Assembly (NCBI GenBank): GCA_046153685.1
Contig: JBJXGH010000081.1
Span: forward strand, 224 to 64,223
Source: Alphaproteobacteria bacterium
GTDB lineage: Bacteria; Pseudomonadota; Alphaproteobacteria; CADEGL01
DNA: 64,000 bases
Direction of reading: 5' to 3'
The translations under genes and the position numbers were made by a program. Shown here piece after piece: positions 53,036-61,140 of this stretch. Every line of letters starts with the position of its first letter. Position 1 is the stretch's first letter. The notes under the pieces are model-generated. The model searched no databases. It was not told the origin of the DNA and saw only the letters and a program-made list of their open reading frames with translations.

Positions 53036-54097
53036 CTAGATCGAGCCGACCGCCGCCTTCAGCCCGGCCGGCGGCCATGGGGGGCCGCTGGAAAAGCGGG
53101 CATCGTCGAGCGCGCCCAAATCGTTCGTTTTGATCAAGCCGCGCACGTCCTTGATGTAGTCACGGCCACGCTCGGAATAATGTTTGATGTATCCCGCCAG
53201 ATACCAGCCGTCGAGCGTCTTGCCGCGCGCGCGCGCATCCGCCCGCCGTTCGCGAAACTCGCGATAAGCCGGATGGGTGTTCAGGTTGTGGATATAGGCC
53301 TTCACCGTCGAGGGCAGGCCGTCAAACGTGCGCATGACCAGATCGTCACCACCCGGTAACGCCAGCGCAATGCCCGCGCGCGCGGCGGCGCCGGCATCGG
53401 CGCGCTGCATTTTCTGCCCGAATAGCGAATGACTCTGCTGGGCGAGACGCGAGGTGCCCCAACCGCTTTCGAGCGCCGCCTGTGCGATGGCGAGGGACGG
53501 CGGAACAGCATCGACCCGCCGGCGCAGCTCGGCCAAATTCACCCCGTCCATCTCGAAGCGTCCGGCAAGGCGTTCGATCCAGGCGCGCTCGCGCGCGCTG
53601 AGCGCCTTGCCCGATTCGTCCTTGTCGTACAGCTCCTCAAGGCGCGCGCGATCCTTGAGGATCGACATATTGGTTTCGAGCACGATCGGCAGCACCGTCT
53701 TGGCGAACAGAATCTTGCGCTCCTCGGGCGATTCCAGGGCCTCGAAATCGGCGGGGATGCGATCAACGATCACGCGCGGCACGGCCGCGCCCTCACGCAC
53801 GTCGTCAAGGCGGTAGTCCAGCTCCGTAAACAGCCTGCTCAACGCGGCGGCACTGGGAACCGCGCGAACGAAGTGGACGGAGGCGTAGGCCGCGCCCTCT
53901 TTCAGCGAGGCGCTTGCGGTATGGGCCAAGGTCACCACGACTTCGCGCGCGCGGGTTTGCGCGCCGAGCATGAGCCATGCGGCAACGATCAACAACACCG
54001 CCACGCCGACGGTGGACACCGCGCGATTGAGCAGGATCGAGCGGCCAAAAATTTCGGAACTCCTAAAGGCGGGGGAACCTAGAAAGTGGAACGGCAT
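53036..54097 (-). CDS. glucosaminidase (FlgJ/Bax-like) domain protein with N-terminal TM anchor
   Basis: TM helix followed by a mannosyl-glycoprotein endo-beta-N-acetylglucosaminidase-like domain (IAQAALESGWGTSRLAQQSHSLFGQK). Start at the internal ATG (MPFHF). Confidence 0.65.
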   Translation of the reverse strand: MPFHFLGSPAFRSSEIFGRSILLNRAVSTVGVAVLLIVAAWLMLGAQTRAREVVVTLAHTASASLKEGAAYASVHFVRAVPSAAALSRLFTELDYRLDDVREGAAVPRVIVDRIPADFEALESPEERKILFAKTVLPIVLETNMSILKDRARLEELYDKDESGKALSARERAWIERLAGRFEMDGVNLAELRRRVDAVPPSLAIAQAALESGWGTSRLAQQSHSLFGQKMQRADAGAAARAGIALALPGGDDLVMRTFDGLPSTVKAYIHNLNTHPAYREFRERRADARARGKTLDGWYLAGYIKHYSERGRDYIKDVRGLIKTNDLGALDDARFSSGPPWPPAGLKAAVGSI

Positions 54098-54220
54098 AGC
54101 TTTCGTACGATTTGATGCGCTCATCTCATATCCGGAATTGGGCGCGCGCCCAGGAGGCGCGCGCATGTGGGATTGCGGCCGCACCCGAAGGGGTGACGCC
54201 GAATTGCCGGGCGCACCGAA

Positions 54221-54847
54221 TCAGACGGCGCGGACCTCGGAAACTTCTGGGATGTAGTGGCGGAGCATGTTTTCCACTCCGCCCTTGAGCGTCGCCAGCG
54301 AACTCGGGCAACCCGAGCACGAGCCACGCATCTCGAGATAGACGATTCCGTCCTCGAACCGGTCAAACAAAATATCGCCGCCGTCCTGTGCCACTGCGGG
54401 TCGCACTCGGCTGTCGAGCAGTTCCTTGATTTGACGAACGATATCGCTCTCGCCCTCGGCGTGACCATCCGACGCGGCGCTGACCGCGTCGAGCACGGGC
54501 AGGCGCGCGGTGAAATGTTCCATGATCGCGCCGAGAACCGCCGGCTTCATCACATGCCATTCCTGGGCCTGCGCCTTCGTCACAGTGATGAAGTCGGAGC
54601 CGAAGAACACCCGCGCCACGCCCTCAACCGCGAACAAGCGGCGCGCCAGCGGCGACCGCTCCGCCGCTTCGGGCGAAGCAAAGTCTATCGTGCCCGAAGA
54701 CATGACCGTCTCGCCCGGCACGAATTTGAGCGTGGCGGGATTTGGGGTGTCTTCCGTTTGAATAAACACGCGCGGCACCTCCTGTCGCAAATCGCGAGAA
54801 TTTCGACCGGCAGACGGTAAGATGATGGGGGAAGGCGGCGATTTCAA
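54221..54847 (-). CDS. NifU-family Fe-S cluster scaffold (Nfu N-terminal domain plus NifU C-terminal CxxC domain)
   Basis: Nfu_N region (FIQTEDTPNPATLKF) and the C-terminal CSGCPSS motif. Confidence 0.8.
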   Translation of the reverse strand: MKSPPSPIILPSAGRNSRDLRQEVPRVFIQTEDTPNPATLKFVPGETVMSSGTIDFASPEAAERSPLARRLFAVEGVARVFFGSDFITVTKAQAQEWHVMKPAVLGAIMEHFTARLPVLDAVSAASDGHAEGESDIVRQIKELLDSRVRPAVAQDGGDILFDRFEDGIVYLEMRGSCSGCPSSLATLKGGVENMLRHYIPEVSEVRAV

Positions 54848-54949
54848 GGCAAATGGCCTGCAACCGGGCGCGCGTCCCGAGATACGCGGGCATTTGGCGG
54901 GTGGCGCGCTCTATACGGGTTAAGTCTTATCAGAGAGTTAAAGGCAAAA

Positions 54950-56155
54950 ATGGCCATGGGAAACAATTCGAACAAAACACCGGCCGTACCCCTGCTGAAC
55001 TGGCTTTGCGCCGATGGCCGCCGCGCGGCGGACCTGCAAGCGCTGCTCGACGAATTTTGCCGACGCGCCAATCTCGCCGGGCTGTCGGTGGCGCGCGCGG
55101 CACTGCACATTCAGACCCTGCACCCCCTGGTTCTCGGCCACAGCCATACCTGGGAGCGCCAGATTCCCGCGACGCGCGAAGTCAACTGGAAACACGGCGC
55201 GCGCGAGGAGCCGGTCTATACCCAAAGTCCGCTTCGAGTCGTATTCGAGGACGGCAAGGTCGTGCGCCGCCAGCTCGACATCAAAACACCCATCATGGAT
55301 TTTCCGATTCTCGAGGATCTGCGCGCGAAGGGCATGACCGATTACATCATCATACCCCTGAACGCGATCGGGAATCTGCGGAACGCGGTGTCGTTTGCAA
55401 CCGATAGGCCAGGCGGCTTCACCGCGAGCGATCTCACGGCCATAGACGCGGTGATCCCGGTCTTGAGCCTAGTCGTGGAATTGCTGTCGGCCGCGCGCAT
55501 CGCGCGAACCTTGCTCGACACCTATGTCGGGCGCAGCGCGGGCCGCCGGGTGCTCGACGGCACCATTCGGCGCGGCAGCGGCGAAATCATCAACGCGATC
55601 ATCTGGTTCTGCGACATGCGCGATTCAACATCGCTGTCGGAAAGCCTGACGAGCGAGCGCATGATCGCGACGCTCAACGAGTTCTTCGAAACCATGGCCG
55701 AACCCGTCCAGCGTCACGGCGGCGAGATTCTGAAATTCATCGGCGACGGGTTTCTCGCCATCTTTCGCGCCGATGCGGACGGTGTCGCGCCCAGTTCCTG
55801 CCACGCCTATGCCGCCGCCCGCGAGGCGAACGCGGCGATGGCAGCGCTAAACGCCGCGCGCACCGCGCGCGGAGACGACGCGATCGGCCATGGCTTGTCG
55901 CTCCATGTCGGCCCAGTCATGTACGGCAATATCGGCGCGCCCGACCGCCTCGACTTCACCGTCATCGGCCCGGCCGTCAATTTCGCCGCGCGCCTGGAGC
56001 AGTTAACCAAATCGCTCGGAGAAATCTTGATCATGTCGGCTGAATTCGCGGCCATCTGTCCGATGCCCAAGCGCGCGCTCGGCCACCATGCGCTCAGGGG
56101 CCTGGCCGAGCCCGCGGCGGTGTTCGGCGTGCCGGAAGAATTGACGATGCTTTGA
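54950..56155 (+). CDS. class III adenylate/guanylate cyclase with uncharacterised N-terminal sensor domain
   Basis: C-terminal CHD domain (FCDMRDSTSL, KFIGDGFLAIF, NIGAPDRLDFTVIGPAVNFAARLE). The roughly 180-aa N-terminal region has no recognised motif. Confidence 0.8.
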   Translation: MAMGNNSNKTPAVPLLNWLCADGRRAADLQALLDEFCRRANLAGLSVARAALHIQTLHPLVLGHSHTWERQIPATREVNWKHGAREEPVYTQSPLRVVFEDGKVVRRQLDIKTPIMDFPILEDLRAKGMTDYIIIPLNAIGNLRNAVSFATDRPGGFTASDLTAIDAVIPVLSLVVELLSAARIARTLLDTYVGRSAGRRVLDGTIRRGSGEIINAIIWFCDMRDSTSLSESLTSERMIATLNEFFETMAEPVQRHGGEILKFIGDGFLAIFRADADGVAPSSCHAYAAAREANAAMAALNAARTARGDDAIGHGLSLHVGPVMYGNIGAPDRLDFTVIGPAVNFAARLEQLTKSLGEILIMSAEFAAICPMPKRALGHHALRGLAEPAAVFGVPEELTML

Positions 56156-56174
56156 AAACCGGTGATTCAGCGAA

Positions 56175-56660
56175 TCAGGCGAGCGCGTCGATCTGCGCGT
56201 CGCCAAGCGCACCCGGAACGATCGTCAAGGGCACGTGCAGGCGTGTCGAATATTTTCCGGTCAACGCCGAGATCAGGGGTCCCGGTCCGCGCGCGCCCGT
56301 CGCCGCGCCGAGAACCAGAGCAGAGATCGTCGCATCCTCGTCCATGAGCTTCAGCAATTCGTCGCGCCGCAAGCCCTTGCGGATGTGCAAAATCGGCATG
56401 TCGCCAGTCCATTCCATGACCTTGGACGCCATGGACTGCAACTGCTGCTCGGCTTGAGCGCGCTGCTCTTCCTCGCGCAGGCGCTCGGCCGATGACCAGT
56501 GCAAAAAACCCTCGTGCTCGATGACATAGAGCAGCGCCACACGTCCACCCGTGCGCACCGCGCGCCGGCAGGCGTACCGCAGCGCCACGTTCAGCTCCTC
56601 GGTTTCATCGACGACGACGAGAAACACATGCCGTACGGCTTTTTCCTGTGTTTCGGTCAT
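56175..56660 (-). CDS. universal stress protein (UspA family)
   Basis: 161 aa from the internal ATG. The Usp fold with an ATP-binding G-rich motif (VLGAATGARG). Confidence 0.65.
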   Translation of the reverse strand: MTETQEKAVRHVFLVVVDETEELNVALRYACRRAVRTGGRVALLYVIEHEGFLHWSSAERLREEEQRAQAEQQLQSMASKVMEWTGDMPILHIRKGLRRDELLKLMDEDATISALVLGAATGARGPGPLISALTGKYSTRLHVPLTIVPGALGDAQIDALA

Positions 56661-56695
56661 GATGCTCTCTCCGTACTCGACTTGCCGCTTGCCCG

Positions 56696-57457
56696 CTATC
56701 CGCGCCTGAACGCCACCGACGCCGCCCAACCCGCAAACAGCGCGAGAAAAATGGCAAGGACGCCGTAAAGCGCGGCGTGGCTATGGGCAAAAAAATGAAC
56801 GTCCGCGCCCACGCCCACATTGCTGACGACCAAGGGCGTGGTTTGCGCGCTCGCCACTTCGCCGTCGCGGATCAAATAAACTTCGACCGTATAGGCGCCG
56901 GTCGGCACATTCGCCGGGAAAGATAAATCGGCGCGGAACAGGCCGCCCGCGAGCACGGCGATCTTGGCGACGTCGCGTGCGTACAATCCCTCACCCTGCT
57001 TGTTGCGCACCAGGCCGCGCCGGAATTCGGTGATCTCGCCCTCCGTCGCAGCGCCGCGCTCTTCCAGGCGCAGATGCTCGACGCCGATTCCCTGTCGCTG
57101 CAGAAGCGCGAGTGGCGCGAATTCGGCAAGCGGCCGTGTGGCGGCAACCGAATAGAAGGTCGGCGCGCGCACGAAAGTGAGCGAATCGCGGTTGAGCCAC
57201 ATGCCTGCCACACGCGACTTTTTGCGCACTGTCAGGTCCTTGGCCGGCCCCCGGACCACGACCACGATATCGCCGGGCCCCGATATCGCGCCGAAAACCA
57301 GGACATCGGTGCCGACGAAACCGGCAGTGATTTTGACCAGATGGTCACTAAGATCGACAAGCAGCGGTTCCGCGCGCACCGAACGGAGCGATACCGAGCC
57401 CACGCCAAGGCAGGCAAGCGCGCCCAAAATCGTCGCCATCGCGCCCGCCCGTCTCAT
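56696..57457 (-). CDS. TIGR02186-like conserved hypothetical protein (signal peptide plus C-terminal TM)
   Basis: 253 aa with an N-terminal signal peptide and a C-terminal hydrophobic helix (LYGVLAIFLALFAGWAA). A 4-bp overlap with the upstream TauE gene. Confidence 0.5.
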   Translation of the reverse strand: MRRAGAMATILGALACLGVGSVSLRSVRAEPLLVDLSDHLVKITAGFVGTDVLVFGAISGPGDIVVVVRGPAKDLTVRKKSRVAGMWLNRDSLTFVRAPTFYSVAATRPLAEFAPLALLQRQGIGVEHLRLEERGAATEGEITEFRRGLVRNKQGEGLYARDVAKIAVLAGGLFRADLSFPANVPTGAYTVEVYLIRDGEVASAQTTPLVVSNVGVGADVHFFAHSHAALYGVLAIFLALFAGWAASVAFRRG

Positions 57458-58377
57458 GGCAAGCCCCCCTCGACGGAGATCGAATAGACATCAGCGGGCG
57501 TGGCGACCAGATCGAAAAACAACTTGATGCAGACCCCGAGCACCAGGGCAGCGAGAACGATGCGCATCTGCTCGCCCGGCAAGCGTGCGCTGTAGCGGGC
57601 GCCGTATTGCGCGCCAACCACGCCGCCCGCCAACAACAGAACGGCGAGCACGATGTCCACCGTCTGCAAGCTGATCGATTGCAATAGCGTGACATTGGCG
57701 GACACGAAGATGATCTGGAACAGCGAAGTGCCCGCCACGACCGTCGTCGGCATGCCGATGAGATAGATCATGGCGGGAATGAGAATGAAGCCGCCGCCAA
57801 CGCCCATGATCGCCGCGAGCACGCCGACGAGCAGACCCACGGCGAGGGGTAGGAACGCGCTGACATACAGACGCGATTTCTGAAAGCGGACCTTGAACGG
57901 CAGTCTTCGCACCCAATCGGGGTAGCGTTGCCGGGGGCCGGCGCTCCGGTTGCCTCGCCGGCGCAGGATCGCGCGCGCGCTTTCGACCAGCATCAACAAT
58001 CCGATCGAGCCGAGAAACAGGACATAACAGACCGAAATCGCGAAATCGATCTGGCCGATGCCCTTGAGCACGCCGAACAACCAGACACCGAGGCTTGAGC
58101 CCAAAAACCCGCCCGCGAGCAGGAATGCGCCCATCTTGAAGTCAACCGTCCGCCGCCGCCAATGCGCGACCATGCCCGAGACCGATGCGGCGATCAGTTC
58201 ATTGGCGACCGACGCGACCGCAACCGGTGGCGGCACGCCGAGGAAAATCAACATCGGCGTAAGGAGAAACCCGCCACCCGCGCCGAATAGGCCGGAAAGA
58301 AAGCCGATCACGCCGCCAAGCCCGAGGACGACGAACACATCCACGGACATTTCGGCGATCGGAAGATAGATTTGCAT
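57454..58377 (-). CDS. sulfite exporter TauE/SafE (DUF81) family permease
   Basis: 307 aa, a polytopic membrane protein with duplicated Gly-rich TauE motifs (GLFGAGGGFLLTPML, IMGVGGGFILIPAMI). Confidence 0.85.
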   Translation of the reverse strand: MQIYLPIAEMSVDVFVVLGLGGVIGFLSGLFGAGGGFLLTPMLIFLGVPPPVAVASVANELIAASVSGMVAHWRRRTVDFKMGAFLLAGGFLGSSLGVWLFGVLKGIGQIDFAISVCYVLFLGSIGLLMLVESARAILRRRGNRSAGPRQRYPDWVRRLPFKVRFQKSRLYVSAFLPLAVGLLVGVLAAIMGVGGGFILIPAMIYLIGMPTTVVAGTSLFQIIFVSANVTLLQSISLQTVDIVLAVLLLAGGVVGAQYGARYSARLPGEQMRIVLAALVLGVCIKLFFDLVATPADVYSISVEGGLP

Positions 58378-58485
58378 TGGCAGCCCTGTGGCGACTCAAA
58401 CGCCACCCAGGCGGTGGTCGCCGCGCGTCGCCAGCTGGCTACACGTTACTGCGCCATTGCCGCCGGCAAAAGCCCCCTGGCAGGC

Positions 58486-59490
58486 CTAAGGCCTCAAAAA
58501 GCCGACCAAATCCTGAATTTCCCGCAGATGCGGCGCGGCCTTCGCTTGGGCGCGTTCGGCACCTCGGCGCAGGATCCGGTCGATTTCCGCCGGGTCCTTC
58601 ATCAAGCGGCGCATTTCATCGGCCATGGGGCCGAGAGAGGCGATGGCCAGCGCCGCAAGGCCATCCTTGAATACAGAAAACGACTTGCCGCCAAACTCGG
58701 CAAGCACGGCCTCGCGCGTCTTGTCCGCCAGAGCGGCGTAGATGCCGACGAGATTGTCTGCCTCGGGCCGAGATTCGAGTTCCGCAACCGTCTCGGGCAG
58801 GGGCTGGGGATCGGTCTTGGCCTTGCGGATCTTCTGCGCGATCTGGTCCGGGGTGTCGGTCAGATTGATGCGCGAAAACTCCGAGGGCTCGGACTTGCTC
58901 ATCTTGCGCGTGCCGTCGCGCAAGCTCATGACCCGCGTCGCTTCGCCGAAGATCAGGGGCTCGACCTGGGGGAAGTATTCGGTGCCGTAGTCATGGTTGA
59001 ACTTCTGCGCGATGTCGCGGGCAAGTTCGAGATGCTGCTTCTGATCGTCGCCCACGGGAACATGGGTCGCCTTGTAGGCGAGAATGTCGGCTGCCATCAG
59101 ATTCGGATAGACGTAAAGTCCGGCGGAGGCGTTTTCGCGATCCTTGCCCGCCTTCTCCTTGAATTGGGTCATGCGGTTAAGCCAGCCAAGCCGGGCCACG
59201 CAATTGAAGATCCATGCAAGTTCGGCGTGAGCGGGAACCTGGCTCTGGTTGAAGAGGATACTGGTATTCGGATCGATCCCCGCGGCCAGCAAGCCCGCGG
59301 CCACTTCGCGCGTGGTCTCGCGCAGTTGCCGCGGCTCCTGCCATACGGTGATGGCGTGCAGATCGACGATGCAAAAGATGCACTCAAAGTCGTTCTGCAG
59401 ACGCACCCAGTTGCGGATGGCGCCGAGATAGTTGCCGAGGTGCAGATTGCCCGTCGGCTGAACGCCCGAAAAAATACGGCCCTTGGCCAT
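58486..59490 (-). CDS. trpS: tryptophan-tRNA ligase
   Basis: Class I HIGH-type motif ([14 protein letters not shown]) and KMSKS (KMSKSEP). Confidence 0.95.
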   Translation of the reverse strand: MAKGRIFSGVQPTGNLHLGNYLGAIRNWVRLQNDFECIFCIVDLHAITVWQEPRQLRETTREVAAGLLAAGIDPNTSILFNQSQVPAHAELAWIFNCVARLGWLNRMTQFKEKAGKDRENASAGLYVYPNLMAADILAYKATHVPVGDDQKQHLELARDIAQKFNHDYGTEYFPQVEPLIFGEATRVMSLRDGTRKMSKSEPSEFSRINLTDTPDQIAQKIRKAKTDPQPLPETVAELESRPEADNLVGIYAALADKTREAVLAEFGGKSFSVFKDGLAALAIASLGPMADEMRRLMKDPAEIDRILRRGAERAQAKAAPHLREIQDLVGFLRP

Positions 59491-59586
59491 GGGAACTCCG
59501 AATGTGGCGCCGATGATCGCGGCCGGTTATGGCGACTCGGGCGCCCGCTGGTCAACCCGTCGCGGCGGACATTGGCCAGGGCCCGG

Positions 59587-61131
59587 TCACCCTTTGCGCG
59601 CCCGCATGGCGCGCAATTCACCAAGGCGAGTGCCGCCGAACGCGAGGGCCAGAACGGCGTAAAACGTGCCGCCGCCAAAAACCAGGGCCGAGAGCGCGAG
59701 CGCCTGTAGCCAAAGCGGCCCCGCAAGCGCCACCGACAGCGCAACAGCCGCGGCATAAAGCGCGCAGCCGGTCAGTGCCGCCGCCGCAGCGATGCGCGCG
59801 GTGCGCGCCTTCAGTCGCGAATCGGCGGTGAAATGCCCCCTGCGGCGCAAGATGAAAGCCAGCCCCGCCGCGTTGAACCAGGACGACGCGGCAGTCGCGA
59901 TGGCTATGCCGACCGTTCCGAACGGCCAGACAAGCACGATCGACAAGATGGCGTTCGCGATCAAGGCGACAACCGCGATGCGCACGGGAGTGGCGATGTC
60001 CTGGCGCGCATAGAACGCAGGCAATAAGACCTTGACCAGCACATAAGCCGGCAAGCCGGCGGCAAAAGCGGCCAAGACCGCGGCGGTCGCCCGCGATTCT
60101 TCGTGGCCAAACCGGCCATGCTCGAACAATACGGCGACGATGGGCAACGGAATGGCGATCAAAGCCGCCATCGCGGGCAAGGTCAGCAGGGCGGTGAATT
60201 CGATCGCGCGGTTCTGGCTTTCCGCGGCGCCGGCGAAATCCCCCGCCTTGATCTGGCGCGACAACAACGGCAGCAGCGCCACCCCCACGGCGACCCCGAT
60301 GACGGCGAGCGGCAATTGATTGATGCGATCGGCGTAATAGAGCGTCGAAACCGCGCCGTCGCGAAATGAGGCGATGATCGTGCTGACGAACAGGTTCAAT
60401 TGCTGCACGCCCGCGCCTAGAATACCCGGCACCATCAGCACGAACAGCCTTCGCACACCTGGCGTCAGGCGCGGAACCGGCAAGCGCAGCGAAACGCCTG
60501 CCCGCGCCGCGCAATGGTTGAGCCAAACGAGCTGCACCACGCCCGCGGCGGCGACGGCCCAGGATAGCGCGTGGCCCACGGTTTCGAGCGCCTGGCCGAA
60601 GAACGCGATAGCCGCGATCATGACGAGATTCATGAGAATCGGCGCGGCGGCGGCGGCGGCGAAGCGATCGAGCGCGTTGAGCACCGAACCCAAGAGCGCA
60701 ACCACCGCCATGCACAGAAGATAGGGGAAGGTAAGGCGCGAGAATTCCACGCTCAGGCGAAAGCGGTCGGGGTCGTCGGCAAAGCCTGGCGCGATCGCCG
60801 AAACCAACCAGGGCATGGCGAGTTCGGCGAGGATCAACGCAGCGAACATGACCGCCAACATGATCGCGAGGACGTCCTCGGCGAAGCGCAGGGCGGCACG
60901 CCGACCTTCGGATTCGAGCCGCCGGGAAAATAGCGGCACGAAGGCCGCCGAGAACGCGCCCTCGGCGGCCAGGCTGCGGAACATGTTCGGCAGGCGCAGG
61001 GCGACGAAAAAGGCGTCCGCCACGGGGCCCGCAGCGAGGGTTGCCGCGATCAGCGCATCGCGCGCAAAGCCCACGACCCGGCTGACCATGGTCCAGCCGC
61101 CCACCGTAGTGGCATGTCGCACGAGGCCCAT
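59587..61131 (-). CDS. murJ: lipid II flippase MurJ (MviN)
   Basis: 514 aa, 14-TM MOP-family protein (FFVALRLPNMFRSLAAEGAFSAAFVP). Confidence 0.9.
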   Translation of the reverse strand: MGLVRHATTVGGWTMVSRVVGFARDALIAATLAAGPVADAFFVALRLPNMFRSLAAEGAFSAAFVPLFSRRLESEGRRAALRFAEDVLAIMLAVMFAALILAELAMPWLVSAIAPGFADDPDRFRLSVEFSRLTFPYLLCMAVVALLGSVLNALDRFAAAAAAPILMNLVMIAAIAFFGQALETVGHALSWAVAAAGVVQLVWLNHCAARAGVSLRLPVPRLTPGVRRLFVLMVPGILGAGVQQLNLFVSTIIASFRDGAVSTLYYADRINQLPLAVIGVAVGVALLPLLSRQIKAGDFAGAAESQNRAIEFTALLTLPAMAALIAIPLPIVAVLFEHGRFGHEESRATAAVLAAFAAGLPAYVLVKVLLPAFYARQDIATPVRIAVVALIANAILSIVLVWPFGTVGIAIATAASSWFNAAGLAFILRRRGHFTADSRLKARTARIAAAAALTGCALYAAAVALSVALAGPLWLQALALSALVFGGGTFYAVLALAFGGTRLGELRAMRARKG

Positions 61132-61140
61132 GCGCGTCCG

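Noticed and set aside
54950-56660. A cyclase-based antiphage system (Pycsar/CBASS-like).
   Set aside because: There is no adjacent effector gene with cNMP-binding, TIR, patatin or multi-TM features. The neighbours are a NifU scaffold and a Usp. The cyclase has standard class III signalling-cyclase motifs.
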